Of a stretch of DNA of 64,000 nucleotides, positions 1-8,041 are shown piece by piece (the first letter of the stretch is position 1; every line of letters starts with the position of its first letter). The notes under the pieces are model-generated. The model did no database searches and was not told where the DNA came from. It saw only the letters and a program-made list of their open reading frames with translations. Origin of the DNA: a virus; the IMG/VR virus record IMGVR_UViG_3300024239_000017; one strand, written 5' to 3'. The position numbers and the translations under genes are program-made.

Positions 1-19
1 CCTGATAAGACTATAATTC

Positions 20-93
20 ATCCACATAGCTCAATTGAATAGAGCGATTGGTTACGACCCAATAGGTTTCAGGTTTGAGTCCTGATGTGGATA
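20..93 (+). tRNA. tRNA-Arg(ACG)
   Basis: Cloverleaf: ATCCACA/TGTGGAT acceptor, ATTGG-TTACGAC-CCAAT anticodon arm. Confidence 0.9.
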
Positions 94-100
94 CAATAAT

Positions 101-173
101 GTTCAGGTAGCAAAGCGGTTAATGCACTTGACTGTTAATCAAGGTGGCGTGGGTTCGAATCCCACCCTGAACG
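101..173 (+). tRNA. tRNA-Asn(GTT)
   Basis: GTTCAGG/CCTGAAC acceptor, CTTGA-CTGTTAA-TCAAG, TTCGAAT loop. Confidence 0.93.
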
Positions 174-243
174 CAAAAAATGCGTATCGAAAGATAAAGT
201 TCAGAAGTACAATGAACAAATAGGTTAAGCGCATCCTATAATT

Positions 244-316
244 GCCTCGGTAGCTCAGCAGGTAGAGCACTACACTGAAGATGTAGGTTGCATCGGTTCG
301 ATTCCGATTCGAGGCA
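244..316 (+). tRNA. tRNA-Phe(GAA)
   Basis: GCCTCGG/TCGAGGC, CTACA-CTGAAGA-TGTAG. Confidence 0.93.
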
Positions 317-386
317 CATATATTAGACTGTTAATAATTCATAGTCCTTACCTTAAGGAAAATATGCGTAGAATTATATTTTAAAA

Positions 387-420
387 GCCGTAGTTGAGCA
401 GGCGGTGAGCTCAGGAGACT
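387..420 (+). pseudogene. 5' half of a tRNA gene, truncated at the anticodon loop
   Basis: GCCGTAG-TT-GAGC..GCTC D arm-A-GGAGA-CT, then non-tRNA sequence; lies just upstream of the HNH gene. Confidence 0.55.
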
Positions 421-458
421 CGAACAAGTAAAACTTTATTAATAATTTTGTTTATATA

Positions 459-490
459 TTTGTATAAGTGGTTCGAATTTCGTATATTTG
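459..490 (+). promoter_or_regulatory. Bacteroidota-type -33/-7 promoter
   Basis: TTTG(459)-N20-TATATTTG(483-490); ATG 4 nt downstream. Confidence 0.75.
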
Positions 491-494
491 TATT

Positions 495-1112
495 ATGAAA
501 GATAAAATATTAGAACTACGACTCCAAGGTAAATCTTACAAGGAAATTGAAAGAGAATTAGGATGCGCAAGAAGTACAATAGCGTTTCATTGTCAAAGAC
601 ACGGTTTAAATAAACCCGTTAGAGATAATCATCCTAAAGGTAAAAACGCAGTTAGAAAAATAAAAGAGATTAAATTATGTGAAAACTGTGGTAAGGAAAT
701 TTTAAACAAGGAAAATAAAAAAGTATGTTCTTTGAAGTGTTCAGGAGAGCTGACTGGTAAAAATAAGTATAATAAATTTATACTCGATTGGAAAAACGGG
801 AATGTATCTGGAGGAAGAGGAGATAGTTCTGGTCATGGATGTGTGTCGGTGCATGTTAGAAAATATTTATTTAAGAAATATGATAATAAATGTGCGGAGT
901 GTAATTGGAGTGAAGTAAATCCATATACTCAAACAATACCTTTAGAGGTGGAACATGTTGATGGAAACTCGTTAAATCATAAAGAAGAAAATTTAATATT
1001 ACTTTGTCCAAATTGTCATTCTCTAAAAGCAGGACATAGTACATCAAAAGGAAATGGTAGAAGATATTACAGAGAAAAATATCATAAAGAAAAAAGAGAT
1101 AGTAACCCGTAA
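495..1112 (+). CDS. HNH homing endonuclease (N-terminal HTH, Zn ribbon, HNH)
   Basis: CAECNW...LEVEHVDGNSLNHKEENLILLCPNCH; start moved to ATG 495. Confidence 0.85.
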   Translation: MKDKILELRLQGKSYKEIERELGCARSTIAFHCQRHGLNKPVRDNHPKGKNAVRKIKEIKLCENCGKEILNKENKKVCSLKCSGELTGKNKYNKFILDWKNGNVSGGRGDSSGHGCVSVHVRKYLFKKYDNKCAECNWSEVNPYTQTIPLEVEHVDGNSLNHKEENLILLCPNCHSLKAGHSTSKGNGRRYYREKYHKEKRDSNP

Positions 1113-1180
1113 TTGGTAGCGGTGCGCTCTGTAAAAGCGTTGTCATTTTGGCTCTGGGGGTTCAAGTCCCTCCTATCTCA
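1096..1180 (+). tRNA. tRNA-Tyr(GTA)
   Basis: GAGATAG/CTATCTC, CTGTAAA loop, long variable arm; overlaps the HNH stop codon. Confidence 0.88.
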
Positions 1181-1312
1181 CAATAACTACTGATTACAAG
1201 TTAATCATTTAGAAGTAGTTTACTCTGTGAAGTTGTAGTACCCACTGTTTAGAGGTCTCATTGAGATGCGGCAGCAATGATACAGTACTTAGGTATTGAA
1301 GTTGGGGAAATT

Positions 1313-1383
1313 CGAGTGTAAGTTGTAATGGTTGCATCCGTATCTTGGACATACGAGGAGAGGTTCGATTCCTATACATTCGA
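1313..1383 (+). tRNA. tRNA-Pro(TGG)
   Basis: CGAGTGT/ACATTCG, CGTAT-CTTGGAC-ATACG; weak D and T stems. Confidence 0.75.
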
Positions 1384-1427
1384 CAATTCAAGTATAAAAC
1401 TCTGTGAAGTCTTAGAGTCTTGAAAAT

Positions 1428-1499
1428 TCCCCTATAGCAGACAGGTGTGGGCAACACTCTTTTAAAGTGTGAGGTTAGGTTCGATTCCTAATGGGGGAA
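1428..1499 (+). tRNA. tRNA-Lys(TTT)
   Basis: TCCCCTA/TGGGGGA, ACACT-CTTTTAA-AGTGT. Confidence 0.85.
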
Positions 1500-1557
1500 C
1501 AAATGTAGAAATAAGTTGTATATGGCTCTACAGGAGAACGTTATCCACATAGAAACC

Positions 1558-1628
1558 GCCTTGATGATGTAACGGTAGCGTCTTGTTTTTACATAGCGAT
1601 GGTGGGGGTTCGATTCCCTCTCAAGGTA
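1558..1628 (+). tRNA. tRNA-Val(TAC)
   Basis: GCCTTGA/TCAAGGT, TTTACAT loop. Confidence 0.82.
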
Positions 1629-1633
1629 CAAAA

Positions 1634-1730
1634 AGATTTATATTGGCGGAATTGGTATACAGCGATTGAAGGCAAGAGCTCAGGTAATTCACTAGAAATG
1701 GTTACAGGTTCGAATCCTGTATATAAATCT
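1634..1730 (+). ncRNA. tRNA-like element: Leu-type D arm and canonical T arm, no normal anticodon loop
   Basis: GGCGGAATTGGTATAC D arm, ACAGG-TTCGAAT-CCTGT, AT-rich acceptor, about 17-nt loop in place of the anticodon. Confidence 0.6.
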
Positions 1731-1738
1731 TTTAAATT

Positions 1739-1811
1739 GGGGTTACATGTACCAAGGCAGGCGAGAATGATTTGCAATCAATCTGGGAGGGTTCGATTCC
1801 CTTTGGCTCCA
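1739..1811 (+). tRNA. tRNA-Ala(TGC)
   Basis: GGGGTTA/TGGCTCC with G3:U70, TTTGCAA loop. Confidence 0.82.
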
Positions 1812-1815
1812 CAAT

Positions 1816-2295
1816 ATGAGTAAAATAAGAGATAAAGAGTTATTAGAAAAAGCAATTAAAAAAAGTTTATGCAAAGCAGAAGTTTTAACCTTATTAGGAT
1901 TAAAAGCTTGTGGTAGCAATTATAAAACTTTTGATAAATATGTTTCAATGTATAATCTAGATACTTCCCACTTTACAGGACGTGTATGGAATACAGGTAA
2001 GAGATTTAGAGAATTTGGCAAGAAATTAAACATTGAAACTATTCTTGTAGAAAATTCTACTTATACAAATACTAATAGACTAAGAATTAGACTCATAAAT
2101 GAAGGATTAAAAGAAGAAAAATGTAATAATTGTGGATTGACACATTGGTTAGATAATAAAATTCCTTTAGAACTAGACCATATAAATGGTATAAACAATG
2201 ACCATAGGATTGAAAATCTAAGATTACTTTGTCCTAACTGTCATGCGTTAACTTCAACGTACAGAGGTAAAAATATAAATGCGTTCATGGTGTAA
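1816..2295 (+). CDS. HNH homing endonuclease
   Basis: CNNCG...LELDHINGINNDHRIENLRLLCPNCH. Confidence 0.9.
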   Translation: MSKIRDKELLEKAIKKSLCKAEVLTLLGLKACGSNYKTFDKYVSMYNLDTSHFTGRVWNTGKRFREFGKKLNIETILVENSTYTNTNRLRIRLINEGLKEEKCNNCGLTHWLDNKIPLELDHINGINNDHRIENLRLLCPNCHALTSTYRGKNINAFMV

Positions 2296-2360
2296 CTGGT
2301 AGCCACGCAACACTTAAAATGTTGTTCTTCGGAGTCTGGGTTCGACTCCCAGTGGACGCA
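2281..2360 (+). tRNA. tRNA-Leu(TAA)
   Basis: GCGTTCA/TGGACGC, CAACA-CTTAAAA-TGTTG; overlaps the HNH stop codon. Confidence 0.9.
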
Positions 2361-2365
2361 CAAAC

Positions 2366-2446
2366 GTCTCTATGGTGAAATTGGTAGTACACGCTAGTCT
2401 TAGAAACTAGTGCTTCGGCGTGAGGGTTCGACTCCCTCTAGAGACA
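2366..2446 (+). tRNA. tRNA-Leu(TAG)
   Basis: GTCTCTA/TAGAGAC, CTAGT-CTTAGAA-ACTAG. Confidence 0.93.
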
Positions 2447-2462
2447 CAATAAAGAGAGAGAA

Positions 2463-2978
2463 ATGGGAAACAAAGTTAACTACAAACGATGTTTGGAATT
2501 GAATTCAGCATATTTACCTACAAAAATAATAGACTCCGATAGAGCATATATACTGTATTTAAAAGGTAATGCTGAAATTATAGAAGAACATCCAGAAACA
2601 TTTGGACTAGTAAATCCTGACTATGAGATATATAGACCATCTATAATTAGAGTAAAGAAATTTTTTCAAGGAAAAATACATAATGTAAAATTTTCTAGAG
2701 AAAATGTTTTTAAAAGAGATGATTATACATGTGTTTATTGTGGTAAAAGGGATAAAAAAGATTGCACATTAGATCATGTTCACCCTGTTAGTAAAGGTGG
2801 AAAAGATAGTTTTGAAAATTGTGTAACAGCATGTAAAAAATGTAATAGTGAGAAAGATAACTTAACAGTATATGAATGGGGAAGAGAACATCCAAACCCA
2901 AAAAGACCTCACTTCCTTATGTTGTTAAATAATTTAGAACATATTCCAGAAGAATGGAAAAAGTTTTTACTTTGGTAA
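2463..2978 (+). CDS. HNH endonuclease, McrA-like family associated with tRNA arrays
   Basis: SRENVFKRDDYTCVYCG...TLDHVHPVSKGG...NCVTACKKCN. Confidence 0.88.
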   Translation: MGNKVNYKRCLELNSAYLPTKIIDSDRAYILYLKGNAEIIEEHPETFGLVNPDYEIYRPSIIRVKKFFQGKIHNVKFSRENVFKRDDYTCVYCGKRDKKDCTLDHVHPVSKGGKDSFENCVTACKKCNSEKDNLTVYEWGREHPNPKRPHFLMLLNNLEHIPEEWKKFLLW

Positions 2979-3028
2979 AATATAGAGGGTTGGGTGACGA
3001 ATAACCTGAGATAAAAAGCACATTTTAT

Positions 3029-3115
3029 AGAGGTGGTCTGAATGGACGAAGAGCTAGTCTTGAAAACTAGTAGGTCGTTAATAGCGATTTGAGGGTTCGA
3101 TTCCCTTCGCCTCTT
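3029..3115 (+). tRNA. tRNA-Ser(TGA)
   Basis: AGAGGTG/CGCCTCT, CTAGT-CTTGAAA-ACTAG, long variable arm. Confidence 0.88.
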
Positions 3116-3121
3116 CAATTT

Positions 3122-3208
3122 GGAAAACAGTCGAATATTGGTTTGTCGTGCTTCACTGCTAATGAAGTCCTTATAAAAGAGGTGAGAGTTCAATTCTCTC
3201 GTTTTCCG
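3122..3208 (+). tRNA. tRNA-Ser(GCT)
   Basis: GGAAAAC/GTTTTCC, CTTCA-CTGCTAA-TGAAG. Confidence 0.88.
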
Positions 3209-3279
3209 CAATAATATTAAAACTTTTAATACTGAAAATCAACAGATTATAAAATAATATTAATTTTTTTATTAATATA

Positions 3280-3311
3280 TTTGTATAATTCAAATTTTTT
3301 TCGTATGTTTG
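3280..3311 (+). promoter_or_regulatory. Bacteroidota-type -33/-7 promoter
   Basis: TTTG(3280)-N20-TATGTTTG(3304-3311). Confidence 0.8.
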
Positions 3312-3322
3312 CAAAATAAAAT

Positions 3323-3395
3323 CGCGGGGTAGAGCAGTAGGTAGCTCGCAAGGCTCATAACCTTGAGGTCGATGGTTCGAGTCCATCCCACGCTA
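3323..3395 (+). tRNA. tRNA-fMet(CAT), initiator
   Basis: CGCGGGG start with unpaired C1, CAAGG-CTCATAA-CCTTG. Confidence 0.9.
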
Positions 3396-3417
3396 CAAAG
3401 ATAAAAATAATAAAAAA

Positions 3418-3507
3418 ATGAAAAATACTAACATTGTACATATTCAGACGATAGGTAGAATTGAATGTCAAGGACATTCAATAATGGGAGTATTATACGT
3501 TTTTTAA
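3418..3507 (+). CDS. Putative 29-aa leader peptide MKNTNIVHIQTIGRIECQGHSIMGVLYVF
   Basis: A-rich start context; 3' end is complementary to the 5' arm of the downstream terminator. Confidence 0.6.
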   Translation: MKNTNIVHIQTIGRIECQGHSIMGVLYVF

Positions 3508-3543
3508 TAATTTTTTAGTTAAAATAAGGTTAAATGTATTACA

Positions 3544-3580
3544 GACTCCCATTCATTAATTTGATTGGGAGTTTTTATTA
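3544..3580 (+). terminator. Intrinsic terminator/attenuator hairpin
   Basis: ACTCCCA...TGGGAGT followed by TTTTATT; alternative pairing with AATGGGAGT at 3483-3491. Confidence 0.7.
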
Positions 3581-3581
3581 T

Positions 3582-3653
3582 TCCGACATCGCATAACGGT
3601 ATTGCACTGGCGTTGTAACCCAGCTTTTCTCGGTTCGAATCCGAGTGTCGGAT
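3582..3653 (+). tRNA. tRNA-Thr(TGT)
   Basis: TCCGACA/TGTCGGA, GTTGTAA loop (C31:C39 mismatch). Confidence 0.75.
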
Positions 3654-3660
3654 CAAAAAT

Positions 3661-3739
3661 ATTGCTGTGCCCGAGAGGTTGAAGGGGTCGCTCTGCAAAA
3701 GCGATAATATCACCGCAGGTTCGAATCCTGTCAGCAATT
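3661..3739 (+). tRNA. tRNA-Cys(GCA)
   Basis: ATTGCTG/CAGCAAT with U73, TCGCT-CTGCAAA-AGCGA. Confidence 0.9.
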
Positions 3740-3745
3740 CAAAAC

Positions 3746-3817
3746 AGATCTATGGTATAAAGGATATTACATTTGATTTTGACTCAAATAATCTAGGTTC
3801 GATTCCTAGTGGATCTA
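3746..3817 (+). tRNA. tRNA-Gln(TTG)
   Basis: AGATCTA/TGGATCT, TTTGA-TTTTGAC-TCAAA. Confidence 0.9.
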
Positions 3818-3834
3818 CAATAAATTTATTAAAA

Positions 3835-3987
3835 ATGGCGGGCAAATCAAAAACCAGACTAGTAATGGAGGAATTTAAAAAAGGACAATTGAACGTAGGT
3901 AAAAGTCCTAAGAAAGTAACCTCTAGAAAACAAGCAATCGCTATTGCACTTTCAGAACAGAAAAGAGTTAATAGCAAGAAAAAATAA
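3835..3987 (+). CDS. Small basic protein, DUF6496-like
   Basis: VMEEFKKGQL..GKS.KKVTSRKQAIAIALSE; start at ATG 3835. Confidence 0.7.
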   Translation: MAGKSKTRLVMEEFKKGQLNVGKSPKKVTSRKQAIAIALSEQKRVNSKKK

Positions 3988-3990
3988 TAT

Positions 3991-4064
3991 ACTACTATAT
4001 CTTAATTGGTTAAAGAACTACGCTGATACCGTAGAGTATGGTTGTTCGAATCAACCTAGTAGTA
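3991..4064 (+). tRNA. tRNA-Ile(GAT)
   Basis: ACTACTA/TAGTAGT, CTACG-CTGATAC-CGTAG. Confidence 0.88.
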
Positions 4065-4308
4065 CTAAGCCTTTCACGTTTGGGTAAGCACGCGGAGCAG
4101 AATGGTAACATTCTGAAACCCTTAAAACAACCGAATTAGGTAAATTGTGCCGTGATAGGATGGGCTGCCTATCAAGTTAATTTATAATCAATTAGGGCTT
4201 TTGATTTGCGGTGGGTACTACATTACACCTGTTGCACAAGAGGACAACCGTTTAGACAACCAGTCAAAAAGCAGATGATAATGTCATGGTGTAGTATTGA
4301 TTATACAT

Positions 4309-4384
4309 GCAGGTGTCGCATAGTGGTCGATTGCGCTAGACTTCCAATCTAGAATTACCGTGGGTTCGAATCCCACTACCTGCT
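4309..4384 (+). tRNA. tRNA-Gly(TCC)
   Basis: GCAGGTG/TACCTGC with U73, CTAGA-CTTCCAA-TCTAG. Confidence 0.92.
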
Positions 4385-4390
4385 CAACAT

Positions 4391-4461
4391 GGTGTTAATA
4401 GTGTAATGGTAGCACGAATGTCTGTGAAACATTTAGACAGGGTTCAAATCCCCTTAACACA
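4391..4461 (+). tRNA. tRNA-His(GTG)
   Basis: Encoded G-1, GTGTTAA/TTAACAC, AATGT-CTGTGAA-ACATT; A73. Confidence 0.85.
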
Positions 4462-4498
4462 CAAAATTAAAAATTTTAACAAATTTTAACATTATTTA

Positions 4499-4530
4499 TT
4501 TGCATATGTCAAAATTTTTTCGTATGTTTG
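4499..4530 (+). promoter_or_regulatory. Bacteroidota-type promoter (repeated 32-bp unit)
   Basis: TTTGCATATGTCAAAATTTTTTCGTATGTTTG; near-identical copies at 5686 and 44365. Confidence 0.82.
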
Positions 4531-4534
4531 CACT

Positions 4535-4849
4535 ATGAAAAAATTCAATAAGAATAAAAATAGTCATTTTACGAAGAACAGTAGTAAAATAACTGACAAA
4601 AGTGTTTTAAGAAATATTGAAAAAATTATTTCCGAAAAAGCAGGAAGTGTTTCATATTTCTTCTTAGAAGAAAGAATATCTAATATTCATTCAAATTCTA
4701 TTAAGGATATGAAGGAGATAAAAAATAAATCAGTATTACATGTTAATTTAACAAGAGAAAGTATTGAAGATAAAACTCCTTCTGAAATCATGTATATGTT
4801 TGAAACAACTAAATGGGATTTAGGTGCAAATTATTTTGTAATAAACTAA
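4535..4849 (+). CDS. Hypothetical protein
   Basis: ORF directly after a promoter. Confidence 0.6.
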   Translation: MKKFNKNKNSHFTKNSSKITDKSVLRNIEKIISEKAGSVSYFFLEERISNIHSNSIKDMKEIKNKSVLHVNLTRESIEDKTPSEIMYMFETTKWDLGANYFVIN

Positions 4850-4958
4850 TTTTGGGATATACAAACCTAGGATAAATATATCCAATCGTGTCTGTCACTA
4901 ATGGTGACACAAGTAAATTAACACCTGTACACGAGGGTTAAACGTTTACTTTTTAATT

Positions 4959-5030
4959 GGTCTATTCGTCTATCGGTTAGGATACAAGATTTTCACTCTT
5001 GCGAGGCGGGTTCGATTCCCGCATAGACTA
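4959..5030 (+). tRNA. tRNA-Glu(TTC)
   Basis: GGTCTAT/ATAGACT, CAAGA-TTTTCAC-TCTTG. Confidence 0.92.
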
Positions 5031-5247
5031 CATCTTTAAAATACCTGTGTTGGTTTTGTTCCACATATAGAGATTGTTTTCGCACATTAAATGTAAACAA
5101 AGTAGTATATGACGGTTAGAGTTTCTCGGTGAAACTTAGCTTTCTGGCGATGAGAATGCCTTATTTGCTTTAAAATAATAAAATAACACACAGAGATGCC
5201 GTGGGAGGAGGGTGTGGTAACCTTAGGCGAAAAGTCCTCCCTTTAAC

Positions 5248-5320
5248 ACCGATATAGTTCAATTGGTAGAACAACTCCCTCATCAGGAGAAGGTTGTAGG
5301 CTCGAATCCTGCTATCGGTA
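5248..5320 (+). tRNA. tRNA-Met/Ile2(CAT), atypical
   Basis: ACCGATA/TATCGGT, CTCC-CTCATCA-GGAG; C37 and a CTCGAAT T loop. Confidence 0.7.
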
Positions 5321-5469
5321 CAAAGTAAACAAGTATAAAAGGTATAGAGCGTAATGGCTTGCCGAGAAATATCCAGTAAGAGTAACCGATATACAGAGTT
5401 CTCCGAGGGCAGTCTAGAACAGTAAGGGCTGTACGGTTAATACCACTGTTGACCTCTGTTTACTATCTT

Positions 5470-5541
5470 GTCCCTATAGCTTAATGGATAAAGCGATGGT
5501 CTTCTAAACCATTTATTCAAGTTCAACTCTTGATAGGGATT
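5470..5541 (+). tRNA. tRNA-Arg(TCT)
   Basis: GTCCCTA/TAGGGAT, ATGGT-CTTCTAA-ACCAT. Confidence 0.88.
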
Positions 5542-5548
5542 CAACTAT

Positions 5549-5621
5549 TGCCTCATAACTCAGCGGTTAGAGTAGTTCACTCATAATGAAAAGGTCGTGG
5601 GTTCGATTCCCTCTGGGGCAA
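5549..5621 (+). tRNA. tRNA-Met/Ile2(CAT)
   Basis: TGCCTCA/TGGGGCA, TTCA-CTCATAA-TGAA. Confidence 0.82.
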
Positions 5622-5653
5622 CAAGCATAAATTTTAACATTTTTAATAAAGGT

Positions 5654-5685
5654 AAGACACATTTTTCGGAAATGTGTCTTTTTTA
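5654..5685 (+). terminator. Intrinsic terminator ending the tRNA cluster
   Basis: AAGACACATTT-TTCGG-AAATGTGTCTT followed by a T tract. Confidence 0.85.
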
Positions 5686-5717
5686 TTTGCATATGTCAAA
5701 AATTTTTCGTATGTTTG
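5686..5717 (+). promoter_or_regulatory. Bacteroidota-type promoter (repeated 32-bp unit)
   Basis: TTTG(5686)-N20-TATGTTTG(5710-5717). Confidence 0.82.
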
Positions 5718-5721
5718 CAGT

Positions 5722-6786
5722 ATGAAAAATAAAGTAAATATAACAGCACATAGTTTGTCACCACAAGGAGATGAACTTATTACAGTATTGGCTACATTTC
5801 CTAGAATTATATTAGCCGAAATTAATACACATAGAATGTTAAGTAAAAATACTTCTTCGAGTAGAGCAATTCCATTTAAAAAAATGGTTGAAAGTGTTCA
5901 AAACAATCCTTTTATTCCTATTGCTTGGCAGAAAGAACATACTGGAATGCAAGGATATGAATATATTACTGATAAAGAACAATTAGAAGCATTAGAAAAA
6001 ATATGGTTATATAGTAGGGATGAAGCTGTAAGAAGTGCAAAAGCTATTAGTTCAGGCACTTTTGAATTAGACTTAGGAATTAAATATAACTATGGATTTA
6101 AAGCTACTAAACAACTAGCTAACAGACTTCTTGAACCATTTATGTGGACTACTATGTTAATTACAGGTAGTAGAGAAGGTTGGAATAATTTTTTTAATTT
6201 GAGATGCCCTCAGTATAAAATCCATCAAGGTACGTATAAAAGTAAGAAAGAAGCTTTAGAATACGGTCTTTCAAATGGTGAATTAAAAAATTGGAGTGAT
6301 TTGGATTGGTTACAAAACAATGAAGGTCACGCAGAAATTCATATAATGGATTTGGCTGAAAAGATTTATGATGCTGTAAACGAATCTACACCTAAGCAAC
6401 TTAAAGCAGGTGAATGGCATATTCCTTTTGAGGATGAAATCAGAAAGCTTGATATACCAGAATCGGTCAAAAGTGAATATTATAAAAATGGTATTGAACC
6501 ACATTCAGCGGTAAAAGATATTTTAATTAAGGTCTCGACTGCAATGTCCGCACATACATCTTATACTGTAGTAGGAAACGAGCCTATTAAGTCTATAGAG
6601 AAGTGGATTGAGTTACATGATAAGCTAATTGGTTATGACCCACCTCACTCTTCACCAATGGAACATTGTTGTTTATGTGTTACAGAAGAAGAATATAATA
6701 GTTCATTTAAAGGACAGGAAAAAGGGTGGTTTAGAAACTATAAAAGTTTTAAATCTTATAGACAAATAATTGAAGAATCATTATAA
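5722..6786 (+). CDS. thyX: Flavin-dependent thymidylate synthase
   Basis: ThyX motif THRMLSKNTSSSR, KQLANRLLEPF, H.SP.EH; start at ATG 5722. Confidence 0.85.
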   Translation: MKNKVNITAHSLSPQGDELITVLATFPRIILAEINTHRMLSKNTSSSRAIPFKKMVESVQNNPFIPIAWQKEHTGMQGYEYITDKEQLEALEKIWLYSRDEAVRSAKAISSGTFELDLGIKYNYGFKATKQLANRLLEPFMWTTMLITGSREGWNNFFNLRCPQYKIHQGTYKSKKEALEYGLSNGELKNWSDLDWLQNNEGHAEIHIMDLAEKIYDAVNESTPKQLKAGEWHIPFEDEIRKLDIPESVKSEYYKNGIEPHSAVKDILIKVSTAMSAHTSYTVVGNEPIKSIEKWIELHDKLIGYDPPHSSPMEHCCLCVTEEEYNSSFKGQEKGWFRNYKSFKSYRQIIEESL

Positions 6787-6816
6787 TTTTGTACTATAAT
6801 ACAATAATATAAAACT

Positions 6817-7617
6817 ATGAAAAGTGGTATATATAAAATAGAAAATAAAATAACTAAAGATATTTATGTAGGTAGCAGTGTTAATTTAAGTAATAGAAAA
6901 TCTAGACATTTTAAAGATTTAGAAAAACAAATTCATCATTCAATTATTTTACAAAGAGCTGTAAATAAATATGGAATTGAAAATTTTGATTTTATAATTA
7001 TTGAAAAATGTAATAAAGATGATTTATTAAATAGAGAACAATATTATTTAGATACATTACAACCTTTATATAATATATTATCTAATGCAGGAAATTCAAT
7101 AGGACATATTGTATCTGAAAAAACTAAAGAAAAACTTAGACAATATGCTATTCAAAATGATATAAAACCTCCAGAAACAACTTGGAAAAGTAAGCAAGAA
7201 AAAGTTTACATGTTAGATAAAAAAACATTAACAGTTCTAAAAGAATTTGATTCTTTATCTTCGGCATGTAGATTTATTGGAAAAAATGAAACGTTTGTAT
7301 CTACTATTTCTGCGTGTTGTACTAATAAAAGATTTTCTGCATTTGGATATAGATGGACATATTCTATTACAGATATTTTTAATTTAAGGAATAAAATTAA
7401 AAAAGATCCTTGGAATAAAGGGATAAAAATAGATAATAAAAAATCCAAAAAAGTATTTCAATACACCAAACAAGGAAAATTTATAAAAGAATGGAAATCA
7501 GTTAAAGAAGCAGAATCTTTTTACGGTAAAGGTATATCTAACTGTGCATTAGGAAAAAGTAAATCTTCAAATGGATTTATTTGGAGGTATTTCATTGATA
7601 ATAATATTGAATTATAA
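6817..7617 (+). CDS. GIY-YIG homing endonuclease with NUMOD1-type repeats
   Basis: SGIYKI...YVGSS...REQYY...YNI; C-terminal VFQY..G.FIKEW.S..EA repeats. Confidence 0.9.
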   Translation: MKSGIYKIENKITKDIYVGSSVNLSNRKSRHFKDLEKQIHHSIILQRAVNKYGIENFDFIIIEKCNKDDLLNREQYYLDTLQPLYNILSNAGNSIGHIVSEKTKEKLRQYAIQNDIKPPETTWKSKQEKVYMLDKKTLTVLKEFDSLSSACRFIGKNETFVSTISACCTNKRFSAFGYRWTYSITDIFNLRNKIKKDPWNKGIKIDNKKSKKVFQYTKQGKFIKEWKSVKEAESFYGKGISNCALGKSKSSNGFIWRYFIDNNIEL

Positions 7618-7618
7618 A

Positions 7619-8041
7619 ATGTCAAAAGTAAAAAAATCATTTAAAGTTATAATAGCAGGAAGTAGATCTTTTTCAAATTATAACCTTTTAGAAGAAAAAT
7701 GTAATAAGATTTTGACCTCAATATCTGACGAAATTTGGATTATCTCAGGTTGTGCTAAGGGTACCGACCTTTTAGGTGAGAAGTACGCTAAAAACAAAGG
7801 ATATTATCTCATGGAGTGTCCTGCTCCGTGGGATGACATCCAAAATAAACCGCAAAACCAAATAGGTATTACTAAAAACGGTGATAAATATTGGAAATTA
7901 GCAGGAATGCACAGAAATGAGACCATGGCTAAAGAAGCAGACGCTTGTATAATATTTTGGGACGGTAAATCTACTGGTACAAAGAACATGATAAACCTCG
8001 CAAAAAAATATAAATTAAAACTAAGAGTAATAAATATATGA
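7619..8041 (+). CDS. SLOG family protein (DUF2493/YspA-like)
   Basis: VIIAGSRSF, ISGCAKGTD, RNETMA, FWDGKSTGTKNMI. Confidence 0.8.
   Translation: MSKVKKSFKVIIAGSRSFSNYNLLEEKCNKILTSISDEIWIISGCAKGTDLLGEKYAKNKGYYLMECPAPWDDIQNKPQNQIGITKNGDKYWKLAGMHRNETMAKEADACIIFWDGKSTGTKNMINLAKKYKLKLRVINI

Noticed and set aside
1-13. Possible 3' tail of a tRNA cut by the window edge
   Set aside because: Too short to support a call.
871-3977. Short ORFs overlapping tRNA genes (e.g. 1209-1457, 1599-1823, 2909-3211, 3519-3737)
   Set aside because: Shadow frames of tRNA genes with no coding features.
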